From: Epiperipatus broadwayi
Lineage: Eukaryota; Animalia; Onychophora
Length of the DNA: 64,000 nt
Direction: 5' to 3'
Assembly (NCBI GenBank): GCA_028023455.1
Contig: JAQFVV010000003.1
Location: forward strand, 8,928,001 to 8,992,000
Both the position numbers and the translations under genes were made by a program. A model generated the notes under the pieces. The model did no database searches. It was not told the DNA's origin and was given only the letters and a program-made list of their open reading frames with translations. Shown piece by piece: positions 52,076 to 64,000 of the stretch; positions within the stretch are counted from its first letter, which is position 1, and each line of letters begins with the position of its first letter.

Positions 52076-52183
52076 TTTTTTTTTCTTCTCGTGTCATAGG
52101 ATCAGCCAGGATGCGAACCCGCTAAACCGGGACAACTGCTTATAAAGCAGCTATCGCTAACCTCTCGACCACCAATGCTTGAC
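52076..52183 (-). mobile_element. tRNA-Gly-derived short SINE, copy 3
   Basis: Perfect 11-bp TSD TAGCAATATAC (52065-52075 / 52184-52194). Minus strand: GTCAA-GCATTGGTGGTCGAGAGGTTAGCGATAGCTGCTTTATAAGCAG...GGGTTCGCATCCTGGCTGATCC-TATGACACGAG plus A-run. Confidence 0.9.
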
Positions 52184-52307
52184 TAGCAATATACATTTAT
52201 TCTAATAAAAAAGGAAAGCAAAAGATTGTTTCTTACAATCGCTGGGGCCGACTGAAGTTTTTTTAATGTCTTTCAAAAATAGAAACAAAAACGTAGCTAT
52301 GACTTAC

Positions 52308-52489
52308 ATGAAAATATTTGTATCTGGAAGCTCACAAGTTATCACTCTTATACGATTTTGCATTTTTGTAAGATAACATGCTACATACACAAACTTCTCG
52401 CAGATAATTATTCGAATGTATGGCTGTCTTTTGAAAGTAGTGGATGACCGCATCTCCTCGGTAACGAGCAGTTCCCAAATTTTATTCAT
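52308..52489 (-). CDS. Candidate first coding exon of an unidentified host gene (60 codons, phase-2 donor)
   Basis: ATG-initiated frame MNKIWELLVTEEMRSSTTFKRQPYIRIIICEKFVYVACYLTKMQNRIRVITCELPDTNIF runs exactly to a consensus AT|GTAAGT donor (52307-52302) inside a CpG-rich patch. Confidence 0.5.
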
Positions 52490-52778
52490 TTCGTTGAATA
52501 AAATAAGTCATTCAAAAAAATTCACTCGGGAGGACTTAAAGAGGACAGTAAATCACGTGTACACCTTATTTCCGTCAGATAATCGATTAGTCATTCCATC
52601 ATTTTTTCATGACGTCCTAGCATACTTTAAATCATAAAATTAGCAGCGAAACCAATATTTTGACTAGCAACTTTCTTCTGATCAGTATATTCACGTAAAA
52701 AAATAATTCTTTTTTTTTTTTTTAGTTGATTGTAAATATGTTTAATTCAATCTTTATATTCACGACAAATACGTAAGT
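52490..52778. promoter_or_regulatory. Candidate bidirectional promoter / 5' UTR region
   Basis: Dense CpG cluster; CACGTG (52554), AATCGATT (52581), TGACGTC (52610); divergent plus-strand donor AC|GTAAGT at 52773. Confidence 0.4.
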
Positions 52779-55700
52779 ACCTAGGAGTGAAATCTGATGA
52801 GGAGTGTTAACGGAATAAAGGTTTAAGCTATGAGTGAATACAACTGAAGTAGATTGCCATGTTTTGGTCATGATGTTCCTGGATAAAAATTTGAGAGAGT
52901 ATAGGTTTGAATTGAACTATTTCTTGTTATTTCTTCTGAGTACATTGTCCTTCTTATTGTCAAATATTATGGAACGCTTTGCAAGCCATACAACCTTATT
53001 TATATTTACAAATGTATATGAAGTTATTTATCTCCCCAATTATTTTGGTCTTCATTTATTACAAAATAATACTTTTTTTTTTTTTTAACGGTATCTGTGT
53101 GAAAAGAGATATTTGGGATTTTTTTATTTATTCCGCAAATAATTAGAATTATTTGCAGAATAAGCAAATTTTTACCCGAATTTAAAATAACTATTTTACG
53201 GAAAATTGATTTTTTAAATCTTGAAATTGTGAATTAATCTTTATAATAAAAAGTATGAAATCAGCAATTCGTCTGTTCCCAGACTCCTCTAGGCTATTTA
53301 AAAGAGAAGCTTAACGGTTTTTTTTTTAACCCTGTATAGCAGTAAATGTTATTTACTTTGTAAAAGATTATTTATTTTAAAAGATTAAAAATAATAATAA
53401 TAATAAAGTAAAATTATTCATTATTCATAAATAATTATATTAAAAATGCATACTTAATTAATGCCATTTAATATTATCGAAGTAGTTTTTCAATGATTGA
53501 TATATATGTATTAAATTTATAATTGATGGAGAGGGTGAGAGTGAAAATTTTTAAATACTAAATATGATCTGATGATAGATTAAGAGATTTTTTTTTTTTC
53601 ATATTGAAATGTATAAATGTGTTTATTATTTCTTAAAGAAATTATCAATAAAAAAAAAATCTTCCTCCAATCATTTAACACTTTTTAGTCCCTATGAAAA
53701 TCTTACTCTTTGGGAGCAATAATCAACTCTATTCTTTACTTCAGAGCCACCTCCAGCAATATTAAAAAAATCAATTATCACTAGATGGTAATATCAATCG
53801 AATCTCTTTAAGAATTGATCTTAAAGAAGCAAAGAATATTTAATTTTTATATCCATATCTAGAAAATATATTTAATCTTTTACACTATGCAATCCAATAA
53901 TATTGAAGTTTGAATATTCTAAAATTTCTATAGTTAGTCCAGGTCAATACCATTATATTTTAGTAACCTCAGTTATGAGTCAGTTGCAGTTACCCTTGAT
54001 TCTGAGGTAAGGATCATAGCCACAGAAAGCATCATATTTCTGTTCCAATTTACATTCAACATATTATATAATTCATTTTATTTTGGTAGATTTTTATTCT
54101 GAGTTTGAATTCACACTACTATTGAGTGAAGATGTAAACCATATCTCATACTACTTTTTGGGTGCTGATCATTATAAATGAAGTACATTTAATCTGCATC
54201 CATGTACACACATAACTCAATAAACATCTTGTGCACAAATCCAAAGTTCATCATTAATGAGAGCCAGTAGCCAGAAACTATTGTAAAGATTTGATTGGTT
54301 CTATTATCTAAAGCCCATTAATTATTCAAGTTCACATAAATGATTAGGAAATAGAGTGAAGAGAACTGCTTAAAAAAGAATTTTGAGTATGTAGACCACC
54401 TGGTATAATTCTACTTAAAGCTGTAGTAGATATCTTTGTTTATGTTTTAAATAATATATAGCGTTTACTAATAATGGAGCTTTGTAAAAAGTGTTTCTGA
54501 GTTATCTTACAATATTGATATTGATTATAATACATTAAAGAGCAGCCTTTCAAACTATTGTGCATACACTAGACAACCTAAAGTGCAATGAACAATTTTT
54601 TTTAATTTACATAATTTTAAAATAAAAATACTTGTAAATATTAGTGAGAAGCTTAGTGTTTGATATCTTTGAGATGATACAATTTGTAGTCCTGATCTTG
54701 TTTTCGATTTTTTGATTGAATGATAGAAAAAACATTTCACATTTTCATAAATACCATCAAACTTTATAACATCTAGCAAAGCATTTTATTTTTGAGAAAA
54801 TATTCATTAAGAAAAATTTACTTTGAAATTATTGCCACAGAAGTTGAGTATAATGAAGTTGTAAAAGGGTTAAAATCGGATTCTTTAGTTTTAAAGTCAT
54901 TACATCTAGAACTCAGCTCTTTTTGTTTTTAAGCCATTCACATCATCATGTGATATATATTTTTATTAGGTTTATAATTTATATTATTTTATTCTGTTAT
55001 TGTACTTTGATGATGACCATTTATAATAGTTGAAACATTTCAGTTAAATAAAAAAAAAAGCATTAATTTGGAAGATTGGGTTACTGAAGATTGATATTTT
55101 GATAAAATTATATTAAAAAAATATTCTTAAGTCAATGAAAATTGAAATAGAAGTTTATAGAACAATTAGTTAGTATTAAAGAAACTATGAATTATACACT
55201 GATAATGGAGTATTTTCTATTATTATAAAATTATTCATATTATAGCAATTTTACCATATCTATTAACTTCATAGTTTTAGTAACAATGAGTTGAAAAAAA
55301 AAATTAAAAATTCATAAATTTGAATTTATACGTTATGCATACACATCCATCTGTATAAGCACAATCATTGATCAGCTCTCAATCTGCAATTTCCTCATCT
55401 TATGCCTTCAGTCAATTATGTGTTTGCAATCTCATTTTTGTTTTGGATTTATTACTATATTGTCTTTTTCATAATTGTATTATTTTTTTTTGTTGTTGAT
55501 TAATTTTTGTTGATGGCTTGGAATTTACTTTTTTTTTATTATTATAGCTGTATATGTATACTTCTGTTTGATACATATATGGGGTTCTTTATTATCTACA
55601 ATTTTAAGTATTTAATTAAGGGAAGAATTGGATCTAAATACCAACAAATATAAAAGGTTTAATGCATTTATTTTTTAAAATTAAATATTTTAGCTTAATA

Positions 55701-56256
55701 AGATCTCACTTATTAAATAATAATATTTACATGACATATCACTGTTTAAACTGCAACTATAGATTATATACTGTTGTCATTGTTAGATTCCATCAAATTG
55801 ACAGCAATTCCAAATAAAAGTGTGTGTACAGAAATATTCATTTTCTTTAATTTACTTAACAGTCTGTAAAGGTTTTGCAGTAAATCTCTATGGCTTTTTA
55901 TTATTACATGTATTTAAATATAAGCATTAGGGCTAATATAAAAACTGACTTTTTACAAATATTAGAATTTGAATTTCCAAAACCCAGTTAAACCAAATTT
56001 TGAATTTTTATATATATATAATTAAAATAATAGAAATATTTATACTTACTTAAAAAATCTTCAACTTATTTAATATTCATGGAAACTACAAAAATATAAT
56101 ATTACTCAATAAAAAACAAAAAAATAACTAAAATAAATATATTTTTTCAATTTATTTAATATTTGTGGAATTACAAAATTATAAAAAATACAATATACTC
56201 CACCTAAAAGCAAATTAAAAAAAATTAAAATAATAAAAATCCATACAATATATATA

Positions 56257-56496
56257 AAAAACAGTAGCAAACTATACCTAGTGTCACCCAGTGCAAGTCA
56301 CAGTAATCAATGGATGCTAGAAGGTTTATGCATAAAATCCCTATCTAGTTCCTTATCATCCAGTACCTACAGACTAGTTTAATGAATGAGTAGGCAATAG
56401 ATAAGGATTTTACATGCACACATTCTAACATCCATTGATTGTTTACTATGACTTGCACTAGATGGCACTTCTGTATGGAGAGTATGCTACTGTTTT
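56257..56496. repeat. Fold-back palindrome
   Basis: aaaacagtagca / tgctactgtttt; agtgcaagtca / tgacttgcact; aatcaatggatg / catccattgatt; aaaatccctatcta / tagataaggatttt. Confidence 0.9.
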
Positions 56497-57545
56497 AACA
56501 GCTTGTATAGGCATGGGAAATAATGATTATGTAATATTTTAATGATTTGCTACAGAATATATATATTATGAAGTTTTACTTCATTTGGTATTTTTTTTCA
56601 GAAAATATGATTTCTAAAAGACAAAATGTCTATCAAATGATTACTTAAAACTTGTTTTTATTCTAAATACAAAATTATCTAAAATAAAAAATACTCTCTT
56701 ATTGGCTAATGAACTTGGTATTATCATCTTCAGTACATCAAATAATTAATCTAAATTCTTTGTTCTTTTATTGGTTGTCTCAAATACTGGAAATATAATA
56801 TTTATTGTCATTTCTTCAGTTTTCTCAACCTATGAACTAATTTTTACATAGCTTTTTTGAGCATTGTCTGATTAATAGTTTGTATAATTCCAATATATTC
56901 ATAATTTGAATTTGTTTTCATACATAAATTTGGATATATTCTAGATAATATTTTTCCAGATAGCTCTAGGAGTTTTCACACTAGTGGAAACAAATTTCTT
57001 TGTTGAAATATTTTGTGGATTTTGCAAATATAGCAAAGTGGTTATCAATCTAATTTGTCTTTTTTTCTAAATTTGTAATTCTACAGCATTTAACAATTTT
57101 GGAACTATTTCCAGACTTTAATTCTTTACTTCATTTATCAGAAATTCAAATATTACTTTGTTTGGTAATAAATTGGCATTTTGCCACCCTAAGATCTTAG
57201 CAAACAAAGATACTGGCCCCAATTGTTTTAGGTTGATAATTTTAGGATATGAGCTTTATTCCACATATCATTCAAAGTTAAAACATCTCATTTTTTAAGG
57301 TTTTAAATTTTTCAAATATAACTTCTAATTAATTTCTAGTTTACAACATTTCAAAGGTAGAGTATAATGGTGTTTTAATCACATTGGCTTAAATTTATTG
57401 TATTTAAACTTGCCAGTTTTCACTCATTTGGTAGTAAAAACTAAAACTAAAATTATATTGATTTAAAAAAATCTGAAAATATATTTTTTGCAATTTATTT
57501 ATATATTTATGATAACTGATATTCAGGTTTATTATAATCCTTTAT

Positions 57546-57547
<2 letters not shown>

Positions 57548-57630
<83 letters not shown>
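57548..57630. repeat. (TA)n microsatellite
   Basis: Read directly from the sequence. Confidence 0.95.
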
Positions 57631-57631
<1 letters not shown>

Positions 57632-57714
57632 GGTATATTAGCACAGAATTATTTTATATTAAACATGAGAAATATATCCACCATAAAAGGCCCATATTTA
57701 GACTTCAATTATAT

Positions 57715-58030
57715 GCTAACAAAAACTAAATGTAAATACTGTAATAAAGCATCCTTTCCCTCCATACTATATATCACATTTCAAACATGAATTTATATAT
57801 TGAAATCACTTATGCTTTGTAATTTAAATACTATACCTCTAGATCAAAGCCCTTGTGCTGATTTTTTTTATTAATTTTTAGTATAAACATAATAATACAC
57901 TAACCAAAATTAAATGTAAATATGTTACTATGGCATCCATTATTCTCCCTTACTAAACATCACATTTAAAACATGAATTTATATACTGTAATCACATTTT
58001 CTTCATGATTTAAATAATATACCTCTGTAA
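57715..58030. repeat. Diverged tandem duplication, about 185-bp period
   Basis: atcacattt.aaacatgaatttatata...atttaaata.tatacctct occurs twice. Confidence 0.8.
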
Positions 58031-58289
58031 TTAAAAACACATTTTTCCGAACAATTTTTTAATGGCATAGACCATTGTTACTGCAAAATTGGTTGCTTTA
58101 TTAATTTTTTTGAAGATTTAATGTAAATTAAACAAAACATTTTAATTTTATATAAATAAATTTCTGAATTTTTTAATAAAAATAAAAATTTACATTTTTA
58201 AATATATCTGTTATATTCAATAGCTTTATAGCTTCAAATATATATTTACTAAAATGCTCTCTGAATTAATAGATATTGTTTATTTATTG

Positions 58290-58670
58290 ATAAGTATGAT
58301 ATTCATCTGAACTATATTAGGGAATTGACAGACCATGAAAGCATAGAGTAAGTTAATATCAAATCAGGTTTTCTGCAGCTGGATAACATGAAGTACAAAA
58401 ACCCTGGTTGTTTTTGTAATTTTTTAAAAATTAAATATATTTGCAATATTTTTTTTAATTTGTTAATTTAACAATTTTTTAAAAGAATTTAATGTAAATA
58501 TGTTTTTTTTTTATTAAACATTGATAATTTATAAAAGTTTGTTAACATTGCTAAGTATGTTGTTCATCTGAACTATATTAGGGGATTGACAGATCATGAA
58601 AGCATGGAGCACCTTAACATCAAATTACAAATCAGTGTTTTTGGCTATTTCTGCAGCTGGATGGAACCCT
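58290..58670. repeat. Diverged tandem duplication, about 260-bp period
   Basis: ttcatctgaactatattaggg.attgacaga.catgaaagcat...tttctgcagctggat occurs twice. Confidence 0.85.
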
Positions 58671-61600
58671 TTACTGTGAAATATATACTATAAAATAAGT
58701 ACTTGTATTGATTTTTTCCCCAGCATTTTTTATTTAATGGTGGAATTATTTCCTTCACATAATCATAGTGGTTGTAACATCTTCAGACAAACTTTCATTC
58801 ACCAATCAGACATCAGAGAAAATATAGATTTTATATATGATATTTTAATGTAAAATTTTAATTCATAAAAATTTCCTAGATGGCCAGAAAAGTAAAAATT
58901 TGGCAAAATAAGAGAGCTTTAACTCCACCTTGATGAATGATTTTTATATTTATGACTTCTTCTGACATCACTAATTTTTATGACATTATTTGAAAAACTT
59001 AGTTGGAATAACCAAAAACATGATTATTTGTGAATTTATTACAACTGTAGATTATTTTTGTACAATAATTATTATAAATCAAGAATATAAATTATTAATA
59101 CTTCATTTTGAATGGAAATATTTTATTTTAAAAACAAAACAAATTTTTGGAATGCAAATTTATTCTGTAGTTATTTACAAGCTTAGTTACATATGTAATG
59201 AGAGTTATTGGTAATGGATAGTGTGAAAATATTGTAATATTGTACAAAATATTAAGCATAATTTGATGGGAAATAAATATTTATCCATTCACATTTTAAA
59301 AACAAATGTCATATAAGCAAAATTTTATTGATTTTTTAAAATGAAACTATTCTTTCAAGCTATGATGATGTGTGAGGCTTTTTGTTTGATTACAATCTCA
59401 TTTTTAAAATATTTTCAGAAATAAAATGTTAATGTTTAGAATTTATTTCATTTGTAAACAAAAATATCTTAAATAAAGTCAAATTTATCACTTTCTTGTA
59501 AGTAATAATGGTTTAATTTTAAACTTAATATTGCAAATAGAGCAAAGAAAAGTTGAACACTTAAATGGTTTAATAGTTAAAATAAAAAATTGGAAATATA
59601 ATCCAAACAGTTGCTATGAACTATTAAAAAATATGATAGCTAAAGTTAATAAAAGTGCTAAACTATTTTGCTATCAAAAATAATACTTTTTTCTTGTTTG
59701 ACATAATTCTGAAGAATGCTCTTTCTTATGGGAGATTTTCTAAAAAAATTGCAAATTTTTCTAATTTGGTAAATTGATTGCTTGTAATTGTCAAGCAAAT
59801 ATGAAATCCACAGTCATTATATGGATCAAAAGAGTTAAAACAATTCTTAAAATAGTCATTTTCAATTTCTATGCCATCTTCTGATATGATGCATAAGAAA
59901 AGATAGTTGATTAATTATAAGTGGTAATTGGTCAAATTTTTTCACAGCAGTAGCACTATCATTTGTCATTGGAACTATATTGGTTGAAACAACTCTGTTT
60001 TTTTAACATCACAGGAGCTAGCAATTATAACTAAGCCAAAATTAAATCTTACAAAATGTTGTATATTGATATTCAAACTTCTGCAATTTCTTTTCCTAGT
60101 CCACTAGTCTAAAGTGATAGAAAAATTTCCCAATTCCTCTTAATACAATCTAATATATTTATAATTTCAAATTTGGTAATAAAATCTGTAATCCATTACT
60201 TTGGTAATGACTACACCCATTGTTGCCAAGACTTTTATATGAACATATGATTTGTAATGCTATAATGGACAATGTGTCCATTCCAGAAAGTTTTGCTATA
60301 ATTTTTTTTTTCTATAGTACTCCTATTAAAAAAAACCGGCTATTTTTTGTGAGCAGGAGGATTTAAGTATTTCCTACTTATCAGTCTTTTTTTTTTTTTT
60401 TTTATTAATTATTATTTTATGAACTGCTTTTAAAAAATTGTGGAGAATGCTGCTCAATATGACTCATCTTTTCCAGCCTTTTTGAAATTATTCCAAATCT
60501 CTGACTTATTTGCAACATTCATTTTGATATAAAAAATCAAATAAAATGTTTTAAATATTTTTATCAATGGCATTATTATTAAATAATAATGAAAGAATGT
60601 TATATTATTAGAATAAACTTTTTTATATATTATATTGCAATAACATTAACTTCCTATTCTTGCTTATAATTTAACTTGAAAGAGTCACAGCACATTATAT
60701 ACTGCATAATATGGGTGGTATGCAATGCTAAATCAGTCTGGTAGTCTATACACAAGCTGCTTTCTACTATATAAAATGGCATAATAAAAATGCATTTGTA
60801 TATTTACATATCAAGTATTCACCTAAAACATGAAGATTAATTTTATTACAATATGATTATTCTTCCATGTTATTTCAAATCAAAACATTAATGTTTTAAT
60901 TAAATAATTAATTATTTTTTACATATTAATTCTAGCATCTAAAACTAATTTTTTAAAAAAACTGGTTTCTAATGAGCATTTTATTTGTTATTCAACCATC
61001 CCAATTATCAACATGTAATTCATTGAACATAATTTTTCGTATCATATTAAAAATATGCTTCATTTTTTAATAATATATTTGTTTTTATTTCTTTATATGT
61101 GTACAGTCCAGATAATTCTAAGTAGTTATCTTCAATACTATAGTTTTAATCTATATCTTTTTTTTAAATGTAAAAGCAATTAGCGTATAACCATTTCTTA
61201 ATTTTGCTTTTATTGAATTGCCCTTTTAAATAAATGTTAATTATAAAGCAATACCAATAACATAGAATACCAATTATTAAAATTCAACTTACTAGAGAAG
61301 AAATAGTTTCTGATTAAATTCAAATCTCAGTGTTGTTAAATTTATCTTCTATATATTATTTCTAAATTTCAGATGTCTTTATAAAATAACTGCCCACTTA
61401 TAATATACCATTTTTTCAAACTATATGAAGATTTAAAAAACAAACACAAAACTTATTGACAAATTAGAAATAAAATGGAATAATATAAGTCACTAAGTAC
61501 ACTTCCTAATGACAATACTGGCTACTAAAACTTAAAAATATATTTATAACAAGTGTTAAAAGTTTAAAAAGTGATAATAAACCATGGGTGTAAAAATGTA

Positions 61601-63059
61601 GACATAAGATACCCCTCCCCTGCATTACCAGTGTTGAAGGCATTATAATATTACAATAGTGTTTAATATTTCTCTAGTGTAATTTTCACTACACCACTTT
61701 CATGTGGGGTAGGGACTGGTTTCTATCTACTTTAAACACTTTGTATTTTTACATTTAGCATAGCAACAATTATCTGATTACTACTAATTGACCTGAAATC
61801 TTAACTCTCTAATTTATACATTGATAATTATATATACTGACTACTAGATATCCAATAACTGTCATGTCTGGTGAAAATTAATTTTTTCTTTACTATTCCT
61901 GTTTATGAGGTTGTTGTTCTTGCGCTACAGTTTTATATTTATTTAAAAAAAATGTTGTTTTATTTTTTATATTAGATGAATGCCTAAATCTGACTGCTTG
62001 AAAAAAAATCTGAAAGACACCATGCCCATATTTAAATTTCAGCTTATGATCATAATCATATAGGAGCAGATGTCATGAGTCTCTTATAAACTAATTTTTA
62101 AAATAATCATGTTTTTACTAGGTTTCTTTAAATATAAAGAACCTCTTGGCATTATTAGATAGTGCATCTTCATACCATATCATGGCATATCCTTTGGTTT
62201 TATCTGGATGAACATGGAAATGTTATAAATCATATGCAACTTAAATTTTTTTAAAAGTAATTGACTAAACAGTTAATAAATAGATAGAGAATAAAAGATT
62301 GAGGTCTGTCTGGGTTGCAGTCATAAGTGTTGATACTGTAAAATTACGATTGATTTTGAAGTGATTTGTGTCTTTTGTTGTTGGGGAAAGAGATATAATA
62401 TTCATGAGTGCTGATTCCTTATTTTACATGTATTCAGTACTTTTAATCTTTAAGACGTTATGTAGAGAGCTCAATATATTTATAATTCAAGATGGTAAAA
62501 GCATTTGGTTAACTTTCTAAGTTTCTATACATTATTTTTGAAGGTATTAAGTTTATTTTAAGATTTTTTCAAAATAGTCTCTCTCTTCTATTTCTGCTAT
62601 TATTTGATTTTTAAAGTGTTTACACGATACATGGATACCTAAAACCATAGACTATACAGAATTCTATATAATATGAAATGTTTAGTAGATGTACACATTT
62701 AGACACCTACAAACATAATTAAATGAAAATAGAATAATGCAAAGATAATATAGTAATAACTCTAGAGAGAAAGAGAGAGAGAGAAATCACGTTTGATTGA
62801 ATAATAAGATGAGGGACTGCTTGACTGAAAGATGAATCATAATACTGCCTTTATGTGTATATAAAGAAGTGAATTCAAATGTATACATTTTTAATTTTTT
62901 ATTTAATACTTTTTTCAAATTGTAGATTATTGAAATCATGGACAGCAGAGAGTTATGAATGTAGTAAGGAGGATTACTGTAGTTTCCAAGATATTTTTAG
63001 TCATATTTTGCATTTAAAAATTTGACTTAATAATCAAAAGGAGTACACTAAAAGCTTGG

Positions 63060-63460
63060 CTAAACGTTTGTTTGTCAATAAATAAATCAGATTTAACATA
63101 GAATATCTGTTGTTAATGATTTGTAAAAATAAATTATGATTTGAAAATAATTTTCACAAATAAATTATTCTTATACGTTAATTTTAATTTTTTTTTTTTA
63201 ATTTTTGAATTTTCCAAGTTTCATTTCTTTTACCATATTTAATAAAGTTAAATATTTAATTATTTTAATAACGGCTTAATTAAAGCTGATTAATCTCGTT
63301 TTGAAAACTTGTAATTTACAATTTAATGTAAATTTGATAAATTAATTTTTTAAAAAAAATAATAAAAGATTGTCTGTTTTAATTTAATTTTGTGAGCGTT
63401 AAATTAAAAAAAAAATCTTTTTGTCGTTAGAGCTGTTTTACCAGGTAACATTCATTTTTG
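63060..63460 (+). promoter_or_regulatory. CpG-retaining patch ending in a splice-donor-like site
   Basis: Several retained CGs and CAG|GTAACA at 63445. Confidence 0.25.
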
Positions 63461-64000
63461 CGTTGTTATAATTGAAATCTTGAAATAAATTGTATTTAAT
63501 GTTTGATGAGTAATGACATTGCCATTGATGATGATTAAAGGTTACAGGCTGTTTACTGTATCATCCATTCTTAATTCAATTTGTAAGCAATTGGTAACCT
63601 ACATTTGTTTTAGTCCAGAATGATATTATTTTACTATTAGTCAATTCTAGTTCCCAGAAGCCTAAATAATTTATGAATACATTGTTATTGACCTTTAATG
63701 CATCATCATGTTTTTTTACAATCTTTTTTAAATTGCAGCTAACAATCACAGGCTAATAAAAATTATACCAGTGGATTATTGTAGAGCTTAAATAATCTGG
63801 TCCTGCCTTTTTTATTTTGGAAGATGCCTAACAAAAGATTGTGATTGGTTATTATTATAAAGAGTCTATCATATAAATATTTATCAGAATTTTTTAATTG
63901 CTGTTTGATCACTAATGCTTCTTTATTCAATTAATTGTAATGTGTTTTGGTCTTTGTCGTTGTTTAGGACATGAATGTTATTGGATATTTTCCATCTTCA

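Larger units (their letters stand above)
56700..60530 (-). mobile_element. Fragmented hAT (Ac-type) transposase remnant, split by a 2-kb repeat-rich block
   Basis: KSEIWNNFKR (about 60500, BED-like); ITLD*WTRKRNCRSLNINI (about 60060-60118); FRKSPIRKSILQNY (about 59700-59745); LGPVSLFAKILGWQNANLL...TLLYLQNP (57010-57222). Confidence 0.75.

Noticed and set aside
52794-52820. CTGATGAG as a hammerhead core
   Set aside because: No stem II and no GAAA box follow it.
53640-54950. Coding-like region downstream of the candidate promoter
   Set aside because: Frames on both strands are broken and no family motif could be assigned.
1044-59214. Most 60-100 aa ORFs in the supplied track
   Set aside because: F/I/L/K/Y-rich composition expected from very AT-rich non-coding DNA; many start at non-ATG codons.

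Overview
Very AT-rich, strongly CpG-depleted eukaryotic nuclear DNA, most likely from an invertebrate animal (inference). It is dominated by transposable elements and no complete host gene can be identified. The only long ORF belongs to a full-length RTE-clade LINE (17894-21187, minus strand, 12-bp TSD, APE endonuclease plus reverse transcriptase). Its 5' end folds into an HDV-like self-cleaving ribozyme that starts exactly at the TSD boundary, but the catalytic C is read as T. Four decayed relatives of this LINE occur elsewhere in the window. Also present: three TSD-flanked tRNA-Gly(TCC)-derived mini-SINEs, a decayed Penelope-like element, a decayed Merlin (IS1595-like) transposon with long TIRs, two decayed hAT transposases and other LINE remnants. 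About a dozen fold-back palindromes (70-820 bp) are scattered through the window; several carry Penelope-type minimal hammerhead ribozyme motifs pointing outward from the hairpin centre. A few CpG-retaining patches look like promoters or first exons, the best at about 52.3-52.8 kb. All motif and structure calls were made by eye and need computational confirmation.
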